A DNA stretch of 16,211 nucleotides from Aquificaceae bacterium (GTDB taxonomy: Bacteria; Aquificota; Aquificia; Aquificales; Aquificaceae). Within the stretch, counting starts at the first letter, position 1; every line of letters begins with the position of its first letter. The position numbers were made by a program, and so were the translations under genes. Below the pieces are notes generated by a model. That model ran no database searches, was not told the DNA's origin, and saw only the letters and a list, made by a program, of their open reading frames with translations. The stretch spans positions 1 through 16,211 of the forward strand of contig JAXSMZ010000002.1 in the NCBI GenBank assembly GCA_037924335.1, in the 5' to 3' direction. Shown in pieces: positions 1 through 7,573 of the stretch.

Positions 1-119
1 GCTCCACCACACATGGGCTCTCTAAATTCCCTAAAGTTAGGCACGAATTTAGATAAGAAATTTACCGCTTTTGACTTGCCTCCGGGGTATCTAAGAGGAG
101 ACTTAACAGGATTTATCAT
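1..119 (-). CDS. Dam-family (D12 class, N6-adenine) DNA methyltransferase, N-terminal fragment running off the left edge
   Basis: Manual translation from ATG at 119: MINPVKSPLRYPGGKSKAVNFLSKFVPNFREFREPMCGGA. SPLRYPGGK (motif X) and EPxxGG (motif I, SAM binding) are typical of Dam-like MTases. ATGA overlap with the fabD stop. Not in the ORF track. Confidence 0.88.
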   Translation of the reverse strand, partial: MINPVKSPLRYPGGKSKAVNFLSKFVPNFREFREPMCGG

Positions 120-1045
120 ATAGCCTTCAAAACCTTCTCTAAATCCTCCACCTTCTCCACGTTAAAGACCCTCACATTCTGCACTGTCTGCTGAATTAGC
201 TTAGAAAGAACGTTTTTAGGACCTATTTCCACAAAGGTGTCCACACCTTGCTCTACCATATAAAGCACGCTTTGAAACCACCTTACTGGTGAGAATATCT
301 GTCTGTATAGGTTTTCTCTTATTTCAGGTGCCATTGTGTGAGCCTTTGCGGTGTAGTTTTGGACTATTGGGATGTTTATGTTTTTTATAGGAGTTTGGGC
401 GAGCTTAAGCCTAAAGGCGTCCGCCGCCGGCTTCATCAGAGAGCAGTGGGATGGGACAGAAACTTTCAAAGGAATAACCTTTCCACCCATGGCTTTGACT
501 ATTTGCGAAGCCTTTTCCACAGCTCTTCTCTGACCAGAGATAACAGTTTGTTCAGGTGAATTGTAATTTGCTGGCTCGACAACACCCTCATCCCTTGCCT
601 GCATGCATGCCTCTTCCACTTTCTCCGGAGGTAGCTTTAGCACTGCAACCATAGCACCTTCTCCCTCTCGAAAAGACTCCTGCATGTACTTGCCTCTCAA
701 ATGGGCAAGCCTTACAGCTTCAAAAAACTCAACACCCTTGGCAACTGTCAAAGCTGTATACTCACCCAAGGAGTGGCCAGAGACAAAAGAAGGTTCCGGA
801 AGACCATGAGCTTTAAGGACTGAGTAAACAGCGTAAGAGACTGTAAGTATGGCAGGTTGGGTGTTTATGGTTCTGTTTAGTTCTTCTTCTGGACCCTTAA
901 AGGTCATATCTGTCAAGTTGTACCTTAAAGCCATCTCTACTTGATGAAAAACGTCCGAAGCCTCATGAAACTCCTTGTAAAAATCGTAACCCATTCCTAC
1001 ATACTGGGAACCCTGTCCTGGAAAAACCAAAGCCAATCCACTCAT
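116..1045 (-). CDS. fabD: Malonyl-CoA:ACP transacylase
   Basis: FPGQGSQ N-terminus, TQPAI, GHSLGEY catalytic Ser motif, ANYNSPEQTVISG, VSVPSHCSLM, EIGPKNVL. Confidence 0.97.
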   Translation of the reverse strand: MSGLALVFPGQGSQYVGMGYDFYKEFHEASDVFHQVEMALRYNLTDMTFKGPEEELNRTINTQPAILTVSYAVYSVLKAHGLPEPSFVSGHSLGEYTALTVAKGVEFFEAVRLAHLRGKYMQESFREGEGAMVAVLKLPPEKVEEACMQARDEGVVEPANYNSPEQTVISGQRRAVEKASQIVKAMGGKVIPLKVSVPSHCSLMKPAADAFRLKLAQTPIKNINIPIVQNYTAKAHTMAPEIRENLYRQIFSPVRWFQSVLYMVEQGVDTFVEIGPKNVLSKLIQQTVQNVRVFNVEKVEDLEKVLKAI

Positions 1046-1048
1046 CTT

Positions 1049-3376
1049 TCACCTCTTCCTTTCTGGTCTTGCCATCTTCTTGTAAAATTCATAAAGCCTT
1101 CTTTTAACTATTCTATGAAACCTTTCTGCACTCACATCAAAAAAGAGTTCTATAACATCATCCACAGTGTCCGCCGTGTATATATGAAACTTTCCCTCTT
1201 TTAATGAATTTATAACTTCATCATCAAGAACAAGGTTATCATAATTTCTTGAAGGTATAACAACACCTTGCTTGCCAGTTAGACCCAAAACTTTACAAAC
1301 TCTGTAGAATCCTTCAACCTTCTCCTTTATACCACCAACTGGCTGTACGTTTCCGTACTGGTCAACAGACCCAGTTATAGCTATATCCTGCCTTACAGGC
1401 ATATCGGATATAGAAGAGAGTATGGCTATGAGTTCTGCTACAGAAGCGCTGTCTCCTTCCACCTCTTCGTAGGACTGTTCAAAGGTGAGGTTGCAAGAAA
1501 GATGAATTGGAAAATCCCTACCGTACATCTTCCCCAAGTATCCTGTAAGTATGAGCACACCCTTTGAGTGAATGGGACCGCTCAGTTCCACTTCCCTTTC
1601 TATGTTTATTACGCCTTTCTCCCCAAGATAAACAGAGGCACTTATCCTGCTTGGCTTACCAAAGCTTATATCTCCAAGCTCATAAACGCTTATACCGTTC
1701 ACCTGTCCCTTCTCCTTCCCTATTACGTTTACTATGATCTTACCCTCCTGGATAGCTTTCCTTATCTTCTCCTCCAAAAGGTTTGACCTGAATACCTTCT
1801 CCTCTATTGCCCTCTTTATATCCTCAGCCCCTATGTACTTACTCTTGGATATGGCATCAGCTTCCCTAATGATATCGACTATGTTTCCCATCAAGAGGCT
1901 TACTTTCTTCCTACTACCTGAAAGTCTTACTGCATACTTCAAAAGCTCAGAGAGAGCATCGGCTGACAAGTCTTTTATACCTTCTTCAACGAGTATCTTC
2001 TTTATTATATGTGGAAAGTCCTTTACAAATCTATCGTTGATATCTATAACGGGGTCGAACTCAGCCTTAACTTTAAAGAGTCTGTTGAATTCTGGGTCGT
2101 AAAGAAAAAGTATGTGATACAAAAAGGGATCGCCGACAAGGACAACTTTAAAGTCTGCAGGAACAGGCTCCGGAGATATACCTACATAAGGAAATAAACT
2201 ATCCTCCATAATGCCACCGGCCATATGGACCTTTTTATGCATGATCACCTTTTTAAAGCTGTTCCATAGGTAAGGATTCTTCAGAAGGTCTATAGCCCTT
2301 AGAACTATGTATCCACCCCTTGCCCTGTGAAGACTACCGGCACTTATACTCATATGGTCAGCGTACAGAATTCCCATCTCCATTGTGTAAGATACTCTTC
2401 CAAAGAGGTTTTGTATTGATGGAACCTCTTCGTATATCACTGGTGCTCCTTCCATGCTTGAGTTATCCACAATTGTGTTTATCCTAAACATGTTAAAAGC
2501 TCTATCCAGACCCTTCATCATAGCAATGTTTCCTTTAGCAGAATGCCATAGCATGAATAGGTCTGTATTTTTTACTATTTCTTCCTTTAACCTTTTTATG
2601 AAATCGTACACCTCCTTGTAGGTTTTATATTTTTCCTCAAACCTTGAAAACACTTTATCCACAACGTAGCTTGCAACTTTCTTTCTCAAATCAAGAATCT
2701 TATCCATAACTCCGTGCTCTATCTCTCTTAAGGTTCTCATAAACTCCATAAACCTTTCTTCAAACTCTGAAAGGCTCCTTTCATAAGACTCTTGTAATCT
2801 CACATTTTCGAGCAATTCCTTCTCCGTTATTATCCTTTTGCCCACAAGAGGAAAAAGCTTTATTCCAGTTGGTGTGAAAACAGCTCCCAGATTATGCCTC
2901 TGAGCCTCTTCTGTGAGCTCTTTGATAACTTCCTCCTTCTGAATCTCAGCCATCTTGTTTATCCTTGCAACCTCCTCCTCATACTCTTTACTCTCAAATG
3001 CCTTTGGCAGTTCATCCTTCAATGTCTCCAATGCCATATCTACATCCTGGGTAAGCATCTTTCCCTTACCGGGTGGAAGTAACAAACAACGTGGTTTCAG
3101 TGGATTGTCAAAGTTGTTCACATAACATACATCTTCCGGAGGCATCTTCCCCTTTGCTACTTCCCTTAACCTTTTAAGCGTGTACACTGTCCTTCCAACG
3201 CTCTCTGGTCCAGAAACGAATATATTGTACCCCTCAAAGACAGAGCTAAGAGCTAAATCGAAAGCCCTTTCTACCCTCTCTTGACCTGGAAAAAGCTCTG
3301 CGGGCTCAACCTGCTCTGTGGACTTTTCATAAAAAGAATCTATTAAAAGTTCATCTGCCTGAACCTTTTTTAGCAT
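1049..3376 (-). CDS. Lon-like protease (LonB/LonC/YcbZ type: AAA-like domain with coiled-coil insertion and S16 protease domain)
   Basis: GQER, GSLHRARGGY and FKVKAEFD AAA-like motifs. EGDSAS (catalytic Ser), AITGSVDQYG and PVGGIKEK (catalytic Lys). Degenerate Walker A GPESVGRT. Confidence 0.93.
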   Translation of the reverse strand: MLKKVQADELLIDSFYEKSTEQVEPAELFPGQERVERAFDLALSSVFEGYNIFVSGPESVGRTVYTLKRLREVAKGKMPPEDVCYVNNFDNPLKPRCLLLPPGKGKMLTQDVDMALETLKDELPKAFESKEYEEEVARINKMAEIQKEEVIKELTEEAQRHNLGAVFTPTGIKLFPLVGKRIITEKELLENVRLQESYERSLSEFEERFMEFMRTLREIEHGVMDKILDLRKKVASYVVDKVFSRFEEKYKTYKEVYDFIKRLKEEIVKNTDLFMLWHSAKGNIAMMKGLDRAFNMFRINTIVDNSSMEGAPVIYEEVPSIQNLFGRVSYTMEMGILYADHMSISAGSLHRARGGYIVLRAIDLLKNPYLWNSFKKVIMHKKVHMAGGIMEDSLFPYVGISPEPVPADFKVVLVGDPFLYHILFLYDPEFNRLFKVKAEFDPVIDINDRFVKDFPHIIKKILVEEGIKDLSADALSELLKYAVRLSGSRKKVSLLMGNIVDIIREADAISKSKYIGAEDIKRAIEEKVFRSNLLEEKIRKAIQEGKIIVNVIGKEKGQVNGISVYELGDISFGKPSRISASVYLGEKGVINIEREVELSGPIHSKGVLILTGYLGKMYGRDFPIHLSCNLTFEQSYEEVEGDSASVAELIAILSSISDMPVRQDIAITGSVDQYGNVQPVGGIKEKVEGFYRVCKVLGLTGKQGVVIPSRNYDNLVLDDEVINSLKEGKFHIYTADTVDDVIELFFDVSAERFHRIVKRRLYEFYKKMARPERKR

Positions 3377-3696
3377 CAGATAACCCTTTTTATCTCTCTT
3401 CCTATCTTCTCCTCCACTGACTTCAACTTATTTACTATTCCCTTTGACCTTCCTTCTCTATAATCTATCTTTATAAAAACATCAACTCTTCTGCAATCCT
3501 CTTTCAGGGATTCAAAACCCTTCTTTATCACTTCCATGACCTCATCCCAGCTTTCTCCTTCTATTACAGTACCCATAGGTGTTAGAACATAATCAAGCCC
3601 TGACCTGTCTACAATGTCAATGACCCTCGCCACATAACTGCTAACACTCTCTTCCTTACCTATGGGTACCATGCTTACAAAAGCTATAACACTCAT
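3376..3696 (-). CDS. MTH1187/YqgV family thiamine-binding protein
   Basis: SMVPIG..SVSSYVA, SGLDYVLTPMGTVIEG, RV...IKIDYR and KLKSVEEK; 106 aa. Confidence 0.92.
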   Translation of the reverse strand: MSVIAFVSMVPIGKEESVSSYVARVIDIVDRSGLDYVLTPMGTVIEGESWDEVMEVIKKGFESLKEDCRRVDVFIKIDYREGRSKGIVNKLKSVEEKIGREIKRVI

Positions 3697-3703
3697 GCTT
3701 AAA

Positions 3704-3709
3704 ATTATA
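3704..3709 (-). promoter_or_regulatory. -10 element (TATAAT) 7 nt before the MTH1187 ATG; putative leaderless promoter
   Basis: Minus strand reads TATAAT-tttaagc-ATG with no SD in the spacer. Confidence 0.6.
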
Positions 3710-3711
3710 AT

Positions 3712-4680
3712 TCACTCTCTTCCATTCTTATAAGCTTTTACATTCATCACATGCTGCCTATAGTTTGAACTGAACTTATGCCCACCGTTCCCGTCTGCCA
3801 CAAAGTAAAGATAGTTTACTTTTGAAGGGTTAAGCGCAGCCCACAGAGAATCCAAGGAAGGGTTGCATATAGGAGATGGTGGAAGACCAAAGTAAACATA
3901 AGTGTTGTACGGGTCATCAAAGTCAAGATCCTTAGAGAGGAGCTTACCATTCCAAAGACCTTTCCTTTTTAGAGAGTATATTACTGTTGGGTCTATCTGG
4001 AGCTTCATGTTTTTTCTGAGCCTATTGTATATGACAGCCGATATCAGTGGTTTCTCTTCTTTTATAGCTGTTTCCTTCTCTATAAGGGAAGCTACTGTTA
4101 CCCATTCTTCAATGGATATATCAAGCTTTTCCAACATACCCCTCATGTCCATTGTCTTTCTCATAAAATTGTTAAACATAACATCTATTATCCTAAGAGG
4201 ATGTGTGTTCTTTGAAAAGTAATATGTATCTGGAAAAAGAAAGCCCTCCATACCGTATGTGTTTATACCGTACTTTTTAGAAACCTGAGGGGATAGAGCA
4301 TACTTTAAAAAGTCCACCGCTTTACATATCTGCTCTTTTTCCAACACACGCGCAACTTCATATATATCTGATCCTTCTGGAATGGTAACCTTATGCAGTC
4401 TCTTGAATCCGTAGTGTATCTTCCTGTAAACATCCCAAGGGAAAACAAGTCCGTCAAATTCGTACTCTCCAGCCTCCAACTTTCCTTTTATTATCATGTG
4501 TATGGTCAAAAAAGAGATGGGGCTTCTTATAACACCTTCTTTGTATAATAGAAGAGCCATCTGTGTAGTTTTAGTCCCATAGGATAGGTCCACAACTTTT
4601 TTTTCCAACCTTTCTGGTGCAAAAGAGTAAACCAAAAAAACAAAAACAACAAGAAAAGGGATTAGAATTTTAAATCTCAT
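3712..4680 (-). CDS. mltG: Endolytic transglycosylase MltG (YceG family)
   Basis: N-terminal TM anchor, VTIPEG, EGFLFPDTY, ASLIEKE (catalytic Glu), VIYNRL..MKLQIDPTVIY, PYNTY..GLPPSPICNP, YLYFVA. Confidence 0.96.
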   Translation of the reverse strand: MRFKILIPFLVVFVFLVYSFAPERLEKKVVDLSYGTKTTQMALLLYKEGVIRSPISFLTIHMIIKGKLEAGEYEFDGLVFPWDVYRKIHYGFKRLHKVTIPEGSDIYEVARVLEKEQICKAVDFLKYALSPQVSKKYGINTYGMEGFLFPDTYYFSKNTHPLRIIDVMFNNFMRKTMDMRGMLEKLDISIEEWVTVASLIEKETAIKEEKPLISAVIYNRLRKNMKLQIDPTVIYSLKRKGLWNGKLLSKDLDFDDPYNTYVYFGLPPSPICNPSLDSLWAALNPSKVNYLYFVADGNGGHKFSSNYRQHVMNVKAYKNGRE

Positions 4681-5078
4681 AGACTTTCCAAGTACTCTTT
4701 AAGTATTATATAAGAAGCAAAACTGTCTTTCAACTCCTTCTTCTTTTTATAAGAAAGACCTTCAAGGAGTCTGTAAGCTTCCTCTGTAGTGAACCTCTCA
4801 TCCCAAAGAACGATCTCTACATTCTCCCTTAATCTTTCCTTTAACTTTTTTACAAAGCTCTCTACCTCCCTCGCTCTTTCTCCTACCTCTCCCCTCAAAG
4901 TGAGAGGAAGACCTACAACTACTATGGATATTGAGTAATCCTCTATAAGCTTTACTATCTCTTCTATAACATTCTCCCTGTTCTTTAAAACCCTAAGGGG
5001 AGAAGCTAGCTTTAAAGCAGTATCTCCAAGGGCAAGTCCTATCCTCTTTGCACCGTAATCGATGGAAAGAACCTTCAA
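4677..5078 (-). CDS. ruvX: YqgF/RuvX family nuclease (pre-16S rRNA maturation / Holliday junction resolvase-like)
   Basis: LSIDYGAKRIGLA, VVGLP and WDERFTT motifs. TTG start overlaps the upstream TGA. yqgF-mltG adjacency is common. Confidence 0.95.
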   Translation of the reverse strand: MKVLSIDYGAKRIGLALGDTALKLASPLRVLKNRENVIEEIVKLIEDYSISIVVVGLPLTLRGEVGERAREVESFVKKLKERLRENVEIVLWDERFTTEEAYRLLEGLSYKKKKELKDSFASYIILKEYLESL

Positions 5079-5260
5079 CCAGTCTTAAAACCTAACAACT
5101 TGTAAAGGGGGCAAAAACCTACAGCAGATGTGCCTATGAATATTATTCCTAATATACCAAGTATCCACCATGCACCACCCTTAGTAAAAGCAAGGTAAAG
5201 AAATATGATACCCAAAACTACCCTTACAGCCCTGTCCCACGTTGCCATATTTTTCTCCAT
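5075..5260 (-). CDS. DUF2892 (YgaP-like) small membrane protein
   Basis: MxxNM.xxDRxxR N-terminus, two hydrophobic helices and GFCPLY motif. Strong SD (AAGGAGGT) upstream. Confidence 0.9.
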   Translation of the reverse strand: MEKNMATWDRAVRVVLGIIFLYLAFTKGGAWWILGILGIIFIGTSAVGFCPLYKLLGFKTG

Positions 5261-5289
5261 GTCTGTAACCTCCTTTCAATTATTATAAC

Positions 5290-5745
5290 CTACTTTTCTC
5301 CTTGGACCTTGCATCCACCCTCCATCCAACCTTCAGGAAAGTACCAGTTTTTAAGATTAACGTAGCCATGGGACATAAGCTTCTGCCCTAGCCTTGTCTT
5401 TTCTATAGGTAGTCCCTTCTCCAGCTGAAGAAGAGTACACCTATCTTCGTAGTACTCAACAAATACCCTCCCAAAATACTCTGATATAAGGGAGTACAGC
5501 TCATCTTCAAAAGGGCTTGAGAAAAACTCAGGGTCCACATTAAAGATCTCTACCCATTCCTTCCAATAGGGTTTCCTACCATAAAAAACCTTTAGAAACA
5601 AAAACTTTCTTCCGCATAGCTCAAGGGTTAAATTCTCTTCCTCTAAAAACCTACCCTTTTTTCTGTCAGTAAGTATAAGGGTTTTATCCTTTAAAGTTAT
5701 CCCCTTCTCAAGACGAAGCATAAAGCTTTTAAACCTCTCCCTCAT
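5290..5745 (-). CDS. DUF1122 family protein
   Basis: KVFYGRKPYWKEWVEIF, FVEYYED, TRLG and WYFPEGWMEG..KVQGEK match DUF1122 from recall. The ATG at 5745 (MRERFK, 151 aa, 17-nt overlap with the tgt 3' end) is more plausible than the track start at 5784. Confidence 0.8.
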   Translation of the reverse strand: MRERFKSFMLRLEKGITLKDKTLILTDRKKGRFLEEENLTLELCGRKFLFLKVFYGRKPYWKEWVEIFNVDPEFFSSPFEDELYSLISEYFGRVFVEYYEDRCTLLQLEKGLPIEKTRLGQKLMSHGYVNLKNWYFPEGWMEGGCKVQGEK

Positions 5746-6865
5746 AGGTATACTTATTAAGCCACTCTCTTTTGAAACTTTCAAAGCAGCCTTCTTCTAT
5801 GGAAATTCTTATACTCTTCATAAGGCTATGATAGAAGTGTAAATTGTGTATGGTACCAAGTATGTAGGCGGATATTTCATCCGATTGATATAGATGTCTC
5901 AGATAAGCCTTTGTAAAGTTTCTACATGTGTAGCAACTGCACCCTTCGTCCAAGGATGAAAAGTCCTTCTTATAAACCTCTTTCCTTATGTTGACCCTAC
6001 CAAAGGAAGTGAACAAAGTTCCAGTTCTTGCCATCCTCGTTGGTGCCACACAGTCAAACATATCTATCCCTCTTTCTACAGATTGAACTATATCCTCTGG
6101 CATACCAACCCCCATAAGATACCTAGGTCTTTTCCAAGGGAGATGTTCGCACACAAGCTCAGTTATATCGTACATTAAATCCTTTGGCTCTCCAACAGAA
6201 AGACCACCTATGGCGTATCCAAAGAGATCTCTCTCCACTGTTAAGAGTGCAGAATCCCTTCTTAGGTCATCAAAAAAAGCTCCCTGTACAATACCAAAGA
6301 GCTTCTGACCTTCTCCTCTCATCCTACTTATGCTTCTGTCAAGCCACCTTACTGTTCTCTCCATAGCAAGTTTGGCTCTGGCATACGTGGTTGGATACTC
6401 GACGCATTCATCCAAGGGCATAACAAAATCAGAACCAAAAACTCCCTGAAACTCTATGACTCTTTCGGGTGTAAAAAAGTGAACACTGCCGCTCAGATGA
6501 TCTCTGAACTCAACCCCATCCTCAAAAACTCTCACCATTGCCTTGTTTTTCTCCGACCTTCTACCAGATAAGGAAAAGACCTGATAACCACCACTATCTG
6601 TAAGTATAGGCTTGTCCCAACCTATGAACTTGTGAAGACCCCCAGCCTCCTTTACAACTTCAATCCCTGGTCTTAAGTAAAGGTGATAAGTGTTACCCAG
6701 AATAATCTGAGTCCCAACATCCTCAAGTAGTTTATGGATCATAGCCTTTACAGTTCCCTGAGTTCCAACTGGCATAAAGACAGGTGTTTCAATGGACCCA
6801 TGGGGTGTTTTTATCCTACCTCTCCTTGCCTTACCGCAGTGAGATATGACCTCAAAGGAGAACAT
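5729..6865 (-). CDS. tgt: tRNA-guanine(34) transglycosylase (queuosine pathway)
   Basis: TPVFMPVGT, ILGNTYHLYLRPG, TDSGGYQVFSL, GIVQG, GGLSVGE, PRYLMGVG, GIDMFDCV.PTR and Zn site CxCxxC..H. The true start is likely MFSFEV at 6865 (378 aa) rather than 6934. Confidence 0.97.
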   Translation of the reverse strand: MFSFEVISHCGKARRGRIKTPHGSIETPVFMPVGTQGTVKAMIHKLLEDVGTQIILGNTYHLYLRPGIEVVKEAGGLHKFIGWDKPILTDSGGYQVFSLSGRRSEKNKAMVRVFEDGVEFRDHLSGSVHFFTPERVIEFQGVFGSDFVMPLDECVEYPTTYARAKLAMERTVRWLDRSISRMRGEGQKLFGIVQGAFFDDLRRDSALLTVERDLFGYAIGGLSVGEPKDLMYDITELVCEHLPWKRPRYLMGVGMPEDIVQSVERGIDMFDCVAPTRMARTGTLFTSFGRVNIRKEVYKKDFSSLDEGCSCYTCRNFTKAYLRHLYQSDEISAYILGTIHNLHFYHSLMKSIRISIEEGCFESFKREWLNKYTYEGEV

Positions 6866-6872
6866 TGGATGT

Positions 6873-6878
6873 ATTTTA
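6873..6878 (-). promoter_or_regulatory. -10 element (TAAAAT) 7 nt before the tgt ATG; putative leaderless promoter
   Basis: Minus strand reads TAAAAT-acatcca-ATG. Confidence 0.55.
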
Positions 6879-6908
6879 AATCCTCTTTTGTTAATATAAT
6901 ATCTTACA

Positions 6909-7456
6909 AATTTCACATACAAATTTAAAAGCATTGGTGTACAAAGGCTATAAAAATTATGATAAAAATCATATAAATGTATAAAATTATTGAAAACAAA
7001 TAACAGAAGCTATGTATTTTGTTAATATAATCTAGTACTCTACATTCTTTGACTTTCAACATTTAAATACGAATTTCACACCCCAAAAAATTTCTTCGTA
7101 ATATCAAAGACTTATGACCCAAGAATTCCACATACAATTTCACATTTTTCACAGAGTAAAACCTCTAAAAAGGTACCCTGTACGTAAGTTATTGAAAATA
7201 CGAGCAAATTTAAGAGAGAATTTCACATATATGAAATGCTTGATACACAAAGGTTTATTTTGAATTTCACATCATGAATCGTAAGTTCTCAATTTTATTG
7301 AACATTTTTAAATCAAAAAAGTAACGTACTATTCGTAACTTACGTTAATGGGTGTGAAGATGTGAAGAGAGTTTCATAAGTTACGAAAAATGTTGAACAT
7401 TTTTGAACACACCTTTCACTACAGAATCAACAACTTTATGCATGGGGTGTGAAATT
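6909..7456. repeat. Dispersed family of AATTTCACA-type 9-mers
   Basis: Forward: AATTTCACA at 6909, 7072, 7136, 7219 and 7263; AATTCCACA at 7124; TTTTTCACA at 7145. Reverse: TGTGAAGAT at 7353, TGTGAAGAG at 7361, TGTGAAATT at 7448. Confidence 0.9.
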
Positions 7457-7491
7457 CTTTTTCAAAAATCACGCAATTTCAATAACTTACG
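7183..7491. repeat. Four CGTAAGTT boxes (two forward, two reverse)
   Basis: CGTAAGTT at 7183 and 7280; AACTTACG at 7337 and 7484. Confidence 0.9.
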
Positions 7492-7558
7492 AAACAGGGA
7501 CCCCTTTTGAAGACCACCCCTATTATTTTATATAATAAATATATAAATAGAAGAAATA

Positions 7559-7573
7559 TAATAATAATAATAA
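7559..7573 (+). repeat. (TAA)5 trinucleotide repeat within an AT-rich tract
   Basis: TAATAATAATAATAA at 7559-7573, followed by GAA TAG AAG. Confidence 0.95.

Noticed and set aside
6886..6915. dif (XerCD) site: the minus strand reads ..TTTGTAA-GATA-TTATATTAACA
   Set aside because: It resembles a XerD arm, but the TAA-to-TTA spacer is 4 bp rather than 6 and the XerC arm is poor.
6866..6934. 23-aa N-terminal extension of Tgt in the ORF track
   Set aside because: Tgt homology begins at MFSFEV, and the extension runs through the predicted -10 box and the repeat region.
6866..7100. preQ1 riboswitch or structured ncRNA upstream of tgt
   Set aside because: No recognisable aptamer or GC-rich stems, which a thermophile RNA would be expected to need, and tgt appears leaderless. 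An Rfam search would be needed to exclude it fully.
6909..7456. Canonical CRP sites (TGTGA-N6-TCACA)
   Set aside because: The TCACA and TGTGA half-sites never pair in the required order with 6-bp spacing.
7071..7491. MITE or IS remnant defined by the 15-bp inverted repeats
   Set aside because: The two IR pairs are interleaved, their cores recur many times inside and outside the pairs, and I saw no target-site duplication or transposase remnant.
6900..7500. CRISPR array
   Set aside because: The repeats are 8-15 bp, irregularly spaced and in both orientations. There is no 23-47 bp repeat with uniform spacers and no cas gene.
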